From positions 1 to 64,000 of IMG/VR virus record IMGVR_UViG_3300014205_000015: a stretch of DNA of 64,000 nucleotides. One strand, given 5' to 3'. This document shows positions 53,533 through 63,934 of the stretch, one piece after another. How positions within the stretch are numbered: position 1 is the stretch's first letter; every line of letters begins with the position of its first letter. The translations under genes were made by a program, and so were the position numbers. Source of the DNA: a virus. Its lineage: Duplodnaviria; Caudoviricetes. The notes beneath the pieces were generated by a model. That model worked only from the letters and a program-made list of their open reading frames with translations, searched no databases and was not told the origin of the DNA.

Positions 53533-56500
53533 ATGGGAACGATAACTGACAGAATAAGACGACTTGGCAGGCAGGATGCAGCCCCAAGTGAGGATGGCGC
53601 AGGTATTGGTCAAATCGATGAACGCGAGCAAGCTATTATCGACAGGTATACAAGTGCAGCGCCAGGCGTGAGCTTCTTGCAAAAAGCTGCCCGTGGGTCG
53701 GCTAAATTAGAAATAGATACTCGGCGACAGCAGCGAGCCTACGCCGAGAAACCAACGTCACCGCTCGCAGCTATAACGGTGGATCCAGCCAGGGAGATGG
53801 TTGCGAATCTTGGGGACCGAGCAAAGGTGCTCGACACCTACCGTAAGCTGTCACCTGAGCAGCGCCAGGAAGCATTGAGTTTGGCTCCTGGTATTGCACA
53901 GCAGTTAGGCGATGACCGAGGCGGAGTAGTTGGGCGTACTCTCGGCGCAGTAAGTCGTGGGATAAGTCATGGCGTATCGCAGCCACTCGCAGAGTTAGTT
54001 GGACTAGGCGGAACGCCAGAGGAGATTGAGTACATTCGCCAATTGGATGCGGCAGCGTCTCAAGAGTTTAGTCCTGCCCGTCCAGGCGACCCGTGGTATG
54101 AGCGTGGACCGCTACAAGCCGTGGAGATGGCTCCGTGGATGGCAACAGTGGTAGGCGGCGCTGGCGTAGGGCGTGCTGCGGCTACGGGGATTGCTGGGCG
54201 GCTTGGCATGGCAGCCCGTGGCACAGCGGCAGCCGCGAAGACTGGAGAGCTTGCGGGTATCACCACGGCAGCATTCCCCGGTCAGTACGCGCAAGAGGTG
54301 GACCAGCTTAAAGAACTGGGCATGGAAGACGGGACGAACCTGCGCCTGCTTGCTGGCGGGACAGCGGCAATTGCTGGTCTTATTGAGGGAATCGTACCCA
54401 ATCCGTTCAAGGCTGGACCCGTTCCGTTGACCGAAGGGGCTGTTAAGGCTGCCCGTCAGTACCTCTGGGAAGCAGCTAAGAGGGCTCCTGGGGAAATGTC
54501 TGAAGAATACCTACAGGGCGTTACAAGCGGTCTGGGCAGCCATGTAGCGCAATACCTCGATGAGAATGCTGAGGATAGGTCAATCGCAGACGCATTCCAG
54601 ACAGGCTGGGAACAAGCCAAAGAAGCAGCGCTACCAATGGCGTTCCTGCTTGGTGTTCCTGCTGTCGGCGGTGCTGGGCTATCGGCAGCGCGAGCACGGC
54701 GATTGACTCGTTTGCAAGAGGTTCTTGCTAAGGGACCAGTTTCCAGGAAAGCCGGTCGGGAACTTGGCATTGAAGGCAACCAGGATGAACGCACGGCGAT
54801 AGCTGCCGCAGAGAAGGCACAGCTAGAGCAAGAAGCAGCTCAGGTCAGCGCAACACCACCACTAACACAGGGACCAACAGATGCCAGCCAAGTACCAGCG
54901 GATGAAGCACGCAATGATGTCCAAGGGGATGGAGGAGAAGGAAGCCAAGTCGATAGCGGCAGCGAAGTATATCAGCCAGGGCAAGAGCAAGGAGTCTCGC
55001 AGCCAGAGAGCAAAGAGCCTGAAGCACAGGAAGTACAAGTAGCGCCATGGCAACAGACTCCCAGTGAATACGTTGCCGGCGAGACGGACGCAGATGCGGT
55101 AGCTGTCAGGAGGGCATCACACCCACAAGCTGTGAAGCGAGCGCTAACGGAAGGAGAGCAGGTTCCGCGTGCAGTGCTAGATGCTTATGCGAACAACACT
55201 TGGGCGAAGAAGGCTATCGAGCGGCTGTATCCTAACGAGCCAGGGCAGTTACCTACAGAGCCAGAAGCAGCAGCCACTCCCCCAGTCGCTCCAGCTACAG
55301 AAGTATCGCAACAACCATCGGAGGGGTCAGTGTCCACAATTGTGGACAAAGCCGAGAAACTACCAGTACCAGCCACACCAGAGCAGGCAGAGCCAGCAGC
55401 AGTCCCAGGAAGTCGGTTTGCAGGCAAGTCTGATAAGGAACTAGCTTCTATTCAGCAAATGTACGAAGACAACATCAAGACTAAAAAAGCCAAGAATGAG
55501 AAAGTCTCGCCTGAATGGGAGCGAGGGCTTGATGAAGTCAGAGCATTACGGGCTGGAGCGGATCCACAAACAGAAATAGTGACGGATACTAGCGTCTATG
55601 GGCATCCACAAAACCCGTCGTCGCGAGAGGGGCACCAAAATCTAATCCCAATCAAATTTGGCGCTGATGCAGACTTAGCGTGGCGATGGGACGAGATTCA
55701 AAAGCGAGCAGCCGTTCTGATGGCTGAGATAGGTGATGCGCAAAACCGGGCGTTGCGTGGCAAGACACCAGCGATACGCAAGAAGGCTTCTGACGAATTA
55801 AAGTCAGCTAATCATTCGGACAAGGAACAGGAACTCAAAGACCTGAAGGAAGCCCAGGCGTATCTCAATGAACTGAGTAAGAAACAGAGTGGACTAACTA
55901 AAAAGCAAGCAGTAGAGACAGGAAAGCCGTCGACGGCTGGGCTTTCGGAGGAAGTAATCGGTTCCCCGCCCGTTAGTCCCGACGCACTGGGGGAAACCCC
56001 AGAGACGAGTATGGGCAAAGCGGTAGGTAATGAACTGCCCTCCGAAGCCCGCGCCGAGGAAACTGAGCCGCAGCAGCCTGACTCCAAGTGGCAGTCCGAA
56101 ACCAGAACACTCCTAGAGGCTGTCCCAGCACTCAAGGGCGCCAATGTCGAACCAGACGAGAAGGCTGGAACGGTCAAGGTAACACGCCCAGACGGGCTCT
56201 CTACGACGATTCACTTCAATGCCGATAAAGAACTGGCAGAAGCGGCTAAGTCGAAACTGCGCAATCCTGAGTCGATTCACGGCTGGTATGTACGGAAGCC
56301 AGGAGAAGCCGAGGGACGCATCTACGTGCGCTCCGACGCCAACCACAGCAACATCCTTAACCATGAAGTAATGCACTGGCTTGAAGATGAAGGTGTTGTA
56401 ACCAAAGAGGAAGTCGAGAAGTACGGCGGACGGGAAGCAATTGCCGAGAAGTACGGCAAATGGGCTGAGCTAAAGAAGCGGAAAAAGGATTCAGTGTTCC

Positions 56501-59500
56501 AGCGAATCTACGACACGCTAGAGCCAGTGTTCTCAGCACAGCGCAGATTCTTTGAGGATGTGTCTAAGCGGCAAGCAGCCGAGAAACCGTCCGAGAAGCG
56601 CCGTGGTCCTAAAGACCAGCCAGGGGCACGAAGGATGGAGCCCACGGAAGAAGGTCGACCTGCGGATGGAAAGCCGATAATGCCAGGGGACCGTTTCTTG
56701 ACCAATACAGGTCGCGAAACAACGCCATACCCCAAGTACAGCGGCGCTACGAATCGCCAAGTAATCAATGCTGAGAAGAAGTCACAGCTATGGCTGATTG
56801 AGAATGCTATCGCTGAGGCTGAGTCTCGCGGTGACGACTTCAACCTCACGACATTCCGAGGTGAGCTTGAGGATGCACGCAAAGGAAAACTCCCTCCAGC
56901 GTCAAAGGACTCTGCGACCCTCTACGTGTTTGGAGAGGACATCCCAAAGGTTCCTAAACCATTCCTGAAGGAGCCAGGGGCAAAACCACTTTCGTCCGCA
57001 ACGGAACAGGCTCGGGAGAACCTTCGCAGGCGAGGTAAACGCAAGCCATCCCAGGCGGAACTGGACGCAGAAACAGCATCGGTGATTCGTGAGCGAGAGG
57101 CAGACAACAAGGTTCGTCAGGACTTCCAGTCGGACAGGGATGCCCAAAAAGCACAGGAAGCAAGGCGTGAGTTCGTCGGAAAGCAAAAGGCTGCTGCGAA
57201 CCCAGCTACCGTCGATTCGCTCGGTTATGGCGACATCGCTCAGGTGAACGATGACATCGAACGCGGACGGGTGAGCTACGAAGACGCAATCAAAGTAGCA
57301 GACGCATTCGTGGAAGCGGGTTATCTTCCACAGCTTCGTCGCGACCAGATCCGTAAGCCTACCCAAGCCAGTGCAAATCAAGTTAACGTCGATTCTGGCT
57401 CAGAAAGTAAAGTTAAGCCAGCAGAAGACCGTGTGAAAAATTTTACACAAGACTTACCTAGCTTAACACCGGAAGGGAAGGCTACTGGGAAACAAGTAGG
57501 GAACAAGCCAAAGCCAAAGCCAGAGCTAGCACCTGACACGGCACGTATTCAGGCTGAGCGGGAAGCAAGGGAGCAAGCCAAGGCAGGGAAGAAACAGCGA
57601 GTGGCTCCAGAAGGGTACGCTGCGCTACCAGAGATGACTCGCGCAAAGTTCGAAACAGCATGGGATGGAAGCGACCAGCAAGCGATGAAGGACCTACTTC
57701 ATTTGCCCAATAAGTCTCTGAGAGCTGAGTTCGAGCGGCGCACAGAACGCAAGCTACCGCGAACCATCAAGGGCACGTCAGAAGTTGTCGAGCAGGTTTA
57801 TGCTGCGCGAGCCAAGCCAAGTGAAGCGGTAGGAGTGGAAGCGGAACCGAAAAACGAAGAAACACAGCCCGCCCCCGTTTCTGTCAAAGCCGACTTCATA
57901 GAGCTTAAAGGTCAGAACGCGACTGGAGTGAAGCAAACGATTCGGGTAATCGCTGGAGAACGCACGTTACTGATGGAACGCAGTAAGCACGACAGCGAGT
58001 GGTCGATTAGGGAAGGGACAAAGTACACCGGCGCAATCAAAGGCAAAACACCAGTAAAGACAGGCGGTGAAATCCTCGCTAGTGGGATTGGCGAAACCAA
58101 AAGAGCAAAGGAAGTCGCACAGCAGATTATCGACGGCACTTTCGACAAGGACGCTGATAGTCTGTTTGTGCGAGAGGACACAAGAAACATTGGACTCCCT
58201 AATGCTAAGCTTGCCGCCGCAATAAAAGATTACCAGATAGCAAGGCGAGGCAGTTTCGCCAAGTTGCTTCGTGAGGAAAGACTGTACACCGATGGTCGTT
58301 TGCTGATGAAAGTGAACGACAAGGACCGAGACGCGATTCTGAAGGGGATTGGAGAGACTGACGAAGGCAGGGAGATGGGTGTCGTTGCGCAAATGATGGT
58401 CGACGGCAAGAAGGCGCTAAGTCGCTCAGCTAACGCCATGAAACCAATCGGATACCGTGGAGGCAACCTAACAACACGAACCGTTGTGCTTCAAAGCCAA
58501 GATGGCGATGCTGTAACCCTCGACAAGTCTTTACACGACACGGTTCTGAAAAAGCACCCCGACGCAGTGCCGTACTTCAGGGAAGAAGGTCGTCCGGTGT
58601 CCTACGCCAGTAACGACGACGTGGTGGCGATTGTGATGCCGATGAACATGGACAAGCCAGACGCCAAATTAAAGGAGTTGGTGGCTGGTAAGTATGACTT
58701 CGAGGCTGAAGCCGCCGTAGAGGACGAGACTGGCGATGGAGAGGGTGGCGCTGAGTTCGGGAAGGACGTTGGGTCGACGCTGGGAATCACGTCAGGCGTT
58801 CCGCTGGCTGGTCCACACCGAGGAATGGGGCGTTCTGTGCGGCATTTCTTCCAGCGGTTCTTTACCTCTCAGGGAGAACTTCCAGCTGACGTGTATGATG
58901 CAAAGGTACGGAAGGAAGGGCGGGCTGCCAAGGAAATGAACCGTCTTCGGAATCGCGCAACTGACCTCCGGCGTGGCATCAAGAAAGCCTTGAACGGCAG
59001 GGAATTGACTCAGGCAGATATCGAGAGAATGAACGCCGTGCTTCGCGGAGAGAAGGCTATGACCACTGTGCCGGTAGCAGTACGCGCACCACTCAAAGCG
59101 ATGCGAGACCACATTGATTCCCTATCAAGCCACTTGATTCTGGAAGGCGTGGCGCAAGGCGACTTAGTGGGAATCATCACGGAAAGCATGGGCGTCTATG
59201 CCACCCGGTCATATCGCGTATTCGACAACCCCAAGTGGCGCGACCAAGTTCCTAGTGCTGTTCGCAATCGTGCAGTAGCCGCTATTCGGGCGCTCGACCC
59301 ATCCAAGTCTGACGCTGAGGTAGCAGGAATCCTAGAATCGCTACTGTTCCGCGGTGCAGCAGATACCCCCGTGGCACTTCTGAAGGGTTCGAAGCTGGGA
59401 AGCAAGGACTTGAGCACGTTCATAGCACGAAAAGACATTCCGGAGTGGCTTCGGGACTTGTGGGGGGAGTACAAGGATGCTGGTGTGAATTACGCTCGCA

Positions 59501-61581
59501 GCGTGTTCAAGATGGCGCACTTGCTTGCCAATCAACAGTTCTTAAATGAGGTACGAGACGCTGGGCTAGGCAAATGGCTTCGCACGGACGAGGAAGGACC
59601 AATCATCAACGAGTATGGCGAAATCATCACGCCTATCGCAGCCGAGAGCAGTTCTGTCATGGAACCTCTAAACGGACTGCTCACTACGCCAGAAATAAAG
59701 AAAGCATTCGAGCGTTTCGATTCTCCTGGTGCCATGCCGGAGTGGCTGCGGGTGATGATGTCGGTGAATTACGCAGTCAAATACGGAAAGACCGTAGGGT
59801 CGGTAATGACGCACGTTCGTAATACTGTCTCTAACGTAGGGTTCGCAGTAGCCAACGGGCACTGGCGGCTTAGTAAGGCTGGAAGGGCGGTGTGGGGCAC
59901 AGCGACAGGAACATTCCAGCTTTCTGATGCAAAGTTCCGTGAATACTACAACCGACTCGCAGAACTGGGGATTGTTGGAGAAGACGTTCGAGCTGGCGAG
60001 CTAAAGGATGCGCTGCGGGACGCTTCGCAGGCAGATATCGACGAGTTCCTGTATAACCGCGAAGCGCGCCACGCAAAGAGGTTGGTCGGCATGGGGAGGG
60101 CTGGATTCAGGTTCCTAAACTCCCTATACCAAGCCGAGGATGGCGTTTGGAAAATCTACGCATGGGAGAACGAGAAGGCTCGCTACGCCAAGGCGTATCC
60201 AGGATGGTCGGAGCAGAAGGTTGAGGAGCACGCAGCCAATATTGTCCGAAACACCTATCCGACATACAGCAAGATCCCTGAAGCGATTAAAGCGCTTCGT
60301 CGGTTCCCGTTAGTTGGTACGTTTGTCAGCTTCCCGTCTGAGGTGGTTCGAACGACGTTCCACACTGTCGCGCTGGGCGTTGAGGAGATGCAATCGCCGG
60401 AAACACGGGCTATTGGAGCGCAAAGACTGGCTGGTACAGTGATGTCCATTGGAATACTGTCTGTGTTATCCCGCGCCATGATGGCGATGTACGGTATTGA
60501 TGATGACGAGGACGAGGACTTGAGGTGGTTTGTTCCTCCGTGGCAGGAGAATAGCCGATTCGTCTACCTTAACAAGCCGCAGGACGCCACGTTCCATTTT
60601 GTAGACTTGGGCTACTCCGACCCGCACGCATACCTCACTGACTCCGTGGTTGCGTTCATGCGAGGTGGCGACTGGAAGGACAGGCTAGGGAAAGCTACTG
60701 CGGAATTCCTTAGTCCATTTGCGTCGGAAGAGATATTAGCAAAGGCTCTAATGGACCTACGCAGTAATGCTGGCGACAAGATTTACAACACAAGGGATGA
60801 GATTGGGGAGCAGGCTAAGGATATTGTTGCGCATCTGTGGACCAGTGCTCTGGAACCAGGGACCGTTTCATCGGTGCGTCGAATCGTAACAGCCATAGGA
60901 GGAACTGACCCATCCAAGAGCGTGCGGGATGAAGTTTTAGCCGTCGCGACTGGGCAGCGACTACAGAAAGTCGATGTCGAGCATTCTCTTGGATTCCGTG
61001 CCAGGGACTTCGGTAAGACGCTGACTCAGATTCAAGGTATTGCCCGCAAGACTGTCACCTCGCGCGGAACAGCCACCGGCGCAATGGTCGCAACTGACTT
61101 GGCCCGCATGGAGAGGCTGCGGCTTGCGGCGTTTTCGGAAATGCAGCAGATCGCTGGGGCAGCGAGACGACTGGGTGTACCAGAGGAGTCTATTCGGACG
61201 ATGTTGACTGCGGAACTGCCGGACGATGTTGCGGAACAGTTGATGACGGGTGACTATTCATCCTACGAGATGACGCCCGAGACAGTGCGACAGATGATGG
61301 ACGCGAAGCCGGAGGAATTTATGCAACGTTTCTCCGCATGGCACGGACAACGGACGCCAGAGGCGATACGGTCATACGTTGGCCAGAGGCTTGCAAATAG
61401 CGAGCCAGCTGATATTAAGGGCGAACTGGATTTGCTGGGAATTACGCTTGAGGAGTGCAAGCAGGCACTGAAGGATTACTGGAAGTTTCGAGAGTGGCCG
61501 ATAAGTGAAAAAGGCATAATGGTAGACGCTTTGCAGAAAAGGTTTCGGAAACTGGAGGCACTTTACAAAACCGAGAACTAA
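53533..61581 (+). CDS. giant internal virion / large polyvalent protein (about 2680 aa)
   Basis: Gly/Ala helical N-terminus, HEVMH zincin-like motif, TGRETTPYP...WLIENA..EA..RGDDFN domain, helical C-terminus with RFPLVGTFVSF motif. Confidence 0.85.
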   Translation: MGTITDRIRRLGRQDAAPSEDGAGIGQIDEREQAIIDRYTSAAPGVSFLQKAARGSAKLEIDTRRQQRAYAEKPTSPLAAITVDPAREMVANLGDRAKVLDTYRKLSPEQRQEALSLAPGIAQQLGDDRGGVVGRTLGAVSRGISHGVSQPLAELVGLGGTPEEIEYIRQLDAAASQEFSPARPGDPWYERGPLQAVEMAPWMATVVGGAGVGRAAATGIAGRLGMAARGTAAAAKTGELAGITTAAFPGQYAQEVDQLKELGMEDGTNLRLLAGGTAAIAGLIEGIVPNPFKAGPVPLTEGAVKAARQYLWEAAKRAPGEMSEEYLQGVTSGLGSHVAQYLDENAEDRSIADAFQTGWEQAKEAALPMAFLLGVPAVGGAGLSAARARRLTRLQEVLAKGPVSRKAGRELGIEGNQDERTAIAAAEKAQLEQEAAQVSATPPLTQGPTDASQVPADEARNDVQGDGGEGSQVDSGSEVYQPGQEQGVSQPESKEPEAQEVQVAPWQQTPSEYVAGETDADAVAVRRASHPQAVKRALTEGEQVPRAVLDAYANNTWAKKAIERLYPNEPGQLPTEPEAAATPPVAPATEVSQQPSEGSVSTIVDKAEKLPVPATPEQAEPAAVPGSRFAGKSDKELASIQQMYEDNIKTKKAKNEKVSPEWERGLDEVRALRAGADPQTEIVTDTSVYGHPQNPSSREGHQNLIPIKFGADADLAWRWDEIQKRAAVLMAEIGDAQNRALRGKTPAIRKKASDELKSANHSDKEQELKDLKEAQAYLNELSKKQSGLTKKQAVETGKPSTAGLSEEVIGSPPVSPDALGETPETSMGKAVGNELPSEARAEETEPQQPDSKWQSETRTLLEAVPALKGANVEPDEKAGTVKVTRPDGLSTTIHFNADKELAEAAKSKLRNPESIHGWYVRKPGEAEGRIYVRSDANHSNILNHEVMHWLEDEGVVTKEEVEKYGGREAIAEKYGKWAELKKRKKDSVFQRIYDTLEPVFSAQRRFFEDVSKRQAAEKPSEKRRGPKDQPGARRMEPTEEGRPADGKPIMPGDRFLTNTGRETTPYPKYSGATNRQVINAEKKSQLWLIENAIAEAESRGDDFNLTTFRGELEDARKGKLPPASKDSATLYVFGEDIPKVPKPFLKEPGAKPLSSATEQARENLRRRGKRKPSQAELDAETASVIREREADNKVRQDFQSDRDAQKAQEARREFVGKQKAAANPATVDSLGYGDIAQVNDDIERGRVSYEDAIKVADAFVEAGYLPQLRRDQIRKPTQASANQVNVDSGSESKVKPAEDRVKNFTQDLPSLTPEGKATGKQVGNKPKPKPELAPDTARIQAEREAREQAKAGKKQRVAPEGYAALPEMTRAKFETAWDGSDQQAMKDLLHLPNKSLRAEFERRTERKLPRTIKGTSEVVEQVYAARAKPSEAVGVEAEPKNEETQPAPVSVKADFIELKGQNATGVKQTIRVIAGERTLLMERSKHDSEWSIREGTKYTGAIKGKTPVKTGGEILASGIGETKRAKEVAQQIIDGTFDKDADSLFVREDTRNIGLPNAKLAAAIKDYQIARRGSFAKLLREERLYTDGRLLMKVNDKDRDAILKGIGETDEGREMGVVAQMMVDGKKALSRSANAMKPIGYRGGNLTTRTVVLQSQDGDAVTLDKSLHDTVLKKHPDAVPYFREEGRPVSYASNDDVVAIVMPMNMDKPDAKLKELVAGKYDFEAEAAVEDETGDGEGGAEFGKDVGSTLGITSGVPLAGPHRGMGRSVRHFFQRFFTSQGELPADVYDAKVRKEGRAAKEMNRLRNRATDLRRGIKKALNGRELTQADIERMNAVLRGEKAMTTVPVAVRAPLKAMRDHIDSLSSHLILEGVAQGDLVGIITESMGVYATRSYRVFDNPKWRDQVPSAVRNRAVAAIRALDPSKSDAEVAGILESLLFRGAADTPVALLKGSKLGSKDLSTFIARKDIPEWLRDLWGEYKDAGVNYARSVFKMAHLLANQQFLNEVRDAGLGKWLRTDEEGPIINEYGEIITPIAAESSSVMEPLNGLLTTPEIKKAFERFDSPGAMPEWLRVMMSVNYAVKYGKTVGSVMTHVRNTVSNVGFAVANGHWRLSKAGRAVWGTATGTFQLSDAKFREYYNRLAELGIVGEDVRAGELKDALRDASQADIDEFLYNREARHAKRLVGMGRAGFRFLNSLYQAEDGVWKIYAWENEKARYAKAYPGWSEQKVEEHAANIVRNTYPTYSKIPEAIKALRRFPLVGTFVSFPSEVVRTTFHTVALGVEEMQSPETRAIGAQRLAGTVMSIGILSVLSRAMMAMYGIDDDEDEDLRWFVPPWQENSRFVYLNKPQDATFHFVDLGYSDPHAYLTDSVVAFMRGGDWKDRLGKATAEFLSPFASEEILAKALMDLRSNAGDKIYNTRDEIGEQAKDIVAHLWTSALEPGTVSSVRRIVTAIGGTDPSKSVRDEVLAVATGQRLQKVDVEHSLGFRARDFGKTLTQIQGIARKTVTSRGTATGAMVATDLARMERLRLAAFSEMQQIAGAARRLGVPEESIRTMLTAELPDDVAEQLMTGDYSSYEMTPETVRQMMDAKPEEFMQRFSAWHGQRTPEAIRSYVGQRLANSEPADIKGELDLLGITLEECKQALKDYWKFREWPISEKGIMVDALQKRFRKLEALYKTEN
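55331..55348. repeat. palindrome copy 6 (inside giant gene, encodes STIVD)
   Basis: TGTCCACAATTGTGGACA. Confidence 0.9.
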
Positions 61582-61583
61582 CC

Positions 61584-61769
61584 ATGAAAGACTCTGACCA
61601 CCCAATCTGGCCGCTAATCCGCATGTCCCTGATTCTCGGGACGTTGATATTCGTCCTGTGGATGAACGCCTCGCATTTTGACGACACCGAGATTAAGACC
61701 ATCCTGACCATGTTCCTAGCATTGCTGGGGGCAGAGGGTCTAGCTAAGACGTTCGCCGGCAAGTCCTAG
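61584..61769 (+). CDS. small two-helix membrane protein (holin-like)
   Basis: Two hydrophobic segments; last gene before the terminator. Confidence 0.6.
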   Translation: MKDSDHPIWPLIRMSLILGTLIFVLWMNASHFDDTEIKTILTMFLALLGAEGLAKTFAGKS

Positions 61770-61834
61770 ACTCTATTGCCTAGCCAGTCAAAACGGTTAG
61801 TATAGACGTGGCGTTCTGGCACGAACGCTAAGTT

Positions 61835-61874
61835 AGCCTCCCAGCGACCGGGTAATTCGTTGGGAGGCTTTTTT
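61835..61874 (+). terminator. intrinsic terminator of the late operon
   Basis: AGCCTCCCAGCGA/TCGTTGGGAGGCT 13-bp stem plus TTTTT. Confidence 0.85.
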
Positions 61875-61913
61875 GCATAAATAAGGAATTTTGCTTTTTT
61901 GGGTCAATGCCTA

Positions 61914-61942
61914 TTGATTCCCAATTTGCACGTTGTTATGAT
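61914..61942 (+). promoter_or_regulatory. sigma70-like promoter of the recombination module
   Basis: TTGATT-N17-TATGAT. Confidence 0.7.
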
Positions 61943-61987
61943 GGCTCCCGGTTAGCGAACATTACCCATATCTAGTTAGGAGCTACC

Positions 61988-62683
61988 ATGTCGAGTGCCG
62001 ACGACAGGAATTCTACTGCTATCCCAGCAGAGCTAATCCAGGGAACGCCAGAGTGGTATGCCGTGCGCTGTGGCAAGATTACAGCTAGCTGCTTCGGGAA
62101 GCTAGCTGGACAAGGGCGGTCTGGTGGAGGCTTTACCCAGACAGCGATTACCTACATGACGCAGGTATTGGCTGAACGGATTACTGGGAAGCCACAGGAC
62201 GAAATCTCTTCGAAGTATCTGGACCACGGCAATCAGCACGAGCCTACAGCACGGCAGTTGTACCAGTGGCATCTCAGCGCCAGACAGGAACTCAAGCAAG
62301 TGGGCTTCGTGGACCATCCGACGATTCCATTCTGCGGTGGTTCACCAGACTGTTTGATTGGCGACGACGGGTTATTGGAAATCAAGTGCCCGTACAACGT
62401 CCACAACCATTTGGCGAACATCGAGAGCGACGGAACGAGCGACCGTGATTACATCTGGCAGATGCAGGGCAATCTGTGGATTACGGGGCGCAAGTGGTGT
62501 GACTTTGTTTCGTTCCATCCCTTCGTACCAGAGTCACTGCGGTTTCATGTGGTGCGGTACGAGCGGGACGAGGATGTTATCGATGAGATTGAGGAACGGA
62601 TTCCAAGAGCGCTAGAGCAGGTGGAGATTCGAGTGAAGAACATCGAGCAGCGAGTAAGACTGTCAGTGGAGGGTGGTAAATGA
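61988..62683 (+). CDS. YqaJ / lambda-exonuclease family nuclease
   Basis: QGTPEW..R.GKITAS, GN.HEP.AR, GGSPDCLI, LEIKCP, WQMQGNLW. Confidence 0.92.
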   Translation: MSSADDRNSTAIPAELIQGTPEWYAVRCGKITASCFGKLAGQGRSGGGFTQTAITYMTQVLAERITGKPQDEISSKYLDHGNQHEPTARQLYQWHLSARQELKQVGFVDHPTIPFCGGSPDCLIGDDGLLEIKCPYNVHNHLANIESDGTSDRDYIWQMQGNLWITGRKWCDFVSFHPFVPESLRFHVVRYERDEDVIDEIEERIPRALEQVEIRVKNIEQRVRLSVEGGK

Positions 62684-63033
62684 GTAATCACGAAGCATTC
62701 ATAACCGGCTCGCATGCTTACGGCACTCCAACGGACGAGAGCGACATTGACTTAGTTGTTTGGGTTGGAGGCGATGCAAAAACGCTTCTCGCAAAGGAAG
62801 GCTACCCGATTCGCTTCGGAAATCTCAATTTAATCCTGGTTGACAGCGAGGAGCAATGGACTGCATGGGAAGCGGGGACGAACGCACTAAAGAGGATTGC
62901 TCCTGTATAAAGAGACGCAGCCGTAGCGTTTTTCATCGAACTCGGTGTTATTCAAGGCTTACAACCAAGCAAACCAAAATCGCAATTAATCGCTGAAGGC
63001 GAAATGGAAGGGACAATGAATCATTATGAGTAA
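62680..63033 (+). pseudogene. Pol-beta-type minimal nucleotidyltransferase with an internal TAA at 62908-62910
   Basis: ITGSHAYG...SDIDLVV motif; frame continues ..IAPV*RDAAVAFFIEL.. to a TAA overlapping the next start. Confidence 0.6.
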
Positions 63034-63706
63034 AGATACCGAGCTAGCAGCAGAAACTAGTGCTGAAGGCAAAGAGAACCTGAAGCTCTGGAGGTCTGTG
63101 GAGAAAACGCCACCAGACATGACAAAGAATGTCAGCTTTGGCAAGCGGCATTACACCACGGTCGACCCGCAGTGGCAAATGCGAGTGGCTACAGCCTTGT
63201 GGGGACCGTATGGCGCGAGATGGGGCATGCGCAACCTGGACTGGAAGATTGTGGAAACCCAAGAAAAGGATGCACAGGGGCAATACCAGTCCAGCGCTAT
63301 CATCATCAAGGCGGAATTCTTCTATCCACTCGACGGCGAAGAAGTGTCGTTCGAGATACTGAACGATGACCGCTTCAAGGCGGATGATGAGACGCTGAAG
63401 AAGCTGGTAACGAATACCCGCTCTAAGGCGCTCAGTTGGCTCGGGTTCTCCGCTGACGTGTTCCTGGGCAAGTTTGACGACACAACTTACGTCAAGGATT
63501 TACAGACGAAGTTTGGCGAGCAGGACGCATTCATGAACACTATAGCCACTGCGATTCGGACAGCGAAGGATATGGCTGCGCTAACCAAGTGCAAGGAGCG
63601 ACTGGAGGAAATCATTGCGGATAACACTCTTGATAATGTGGAAGCGGCTCAGGAGTTGATGGAGTTGGTTGCGGAACGTAAACGAGAACTAAAGACATCG
63701 GAGTGA
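63026..63706 (+). CDS. single-strand annealing protein (Rad52/Sak-like)
   Basis: GPYG..WG, KKLVT..RSKALS.LGFSADVFLG; adjacent to the exonuclease. Confidence 0.75.
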   Translation: MSKDTELAAETSAEGKENLKLWRSVEKTPPDMTKNVSFGKRHYTTVDPQWQMRVATALWGPYGARWGMRNLDWKIVETQEKDAQGQYQSSAIIIKAEFFYPLDGEEVSFEILNDDRFKADDETLKKLVTNTRSKALSWLGFSADVFLGKFDDTTYVKDLQTKFGEQDAFMNTIATAIRTAKDMAALTKCKERLEEIIADNTLDNVEAAQELMELVAERKRELKTSE

Positions 63707-63709
63707 ACC

Positions 63710-63934
63710 ATGATGGCAGGAAAATTCCGCGAATACAACTGGCGAGACATTCAGCGATTGATATTTGAGGACGCTGGATTAAAGACAGAGGTTGAAATGA
63801 GAACTCGCGGTGAGATGTGGCATGTCGGAGGGTTCGTCTCTCCGGCGCATGAGCGAGATACGTGCATCCGAGTGCAGGTATTCGACAAGCCGTTTGCGGA
63901 GCGCATAGAAGACCACGCAGGCGAAAAGCAATAG
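63710..63934 (+). CDS. hypothetical protein
   Basis: Operon position. Confidence 0.55.
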   Translation: MMAGKFREYNWRDIQRLIFEDAGLKTEVEMRTRGEMWHVGGFVSPAHERDTCIRVQVFDKPFAERIEDHAGEKQ

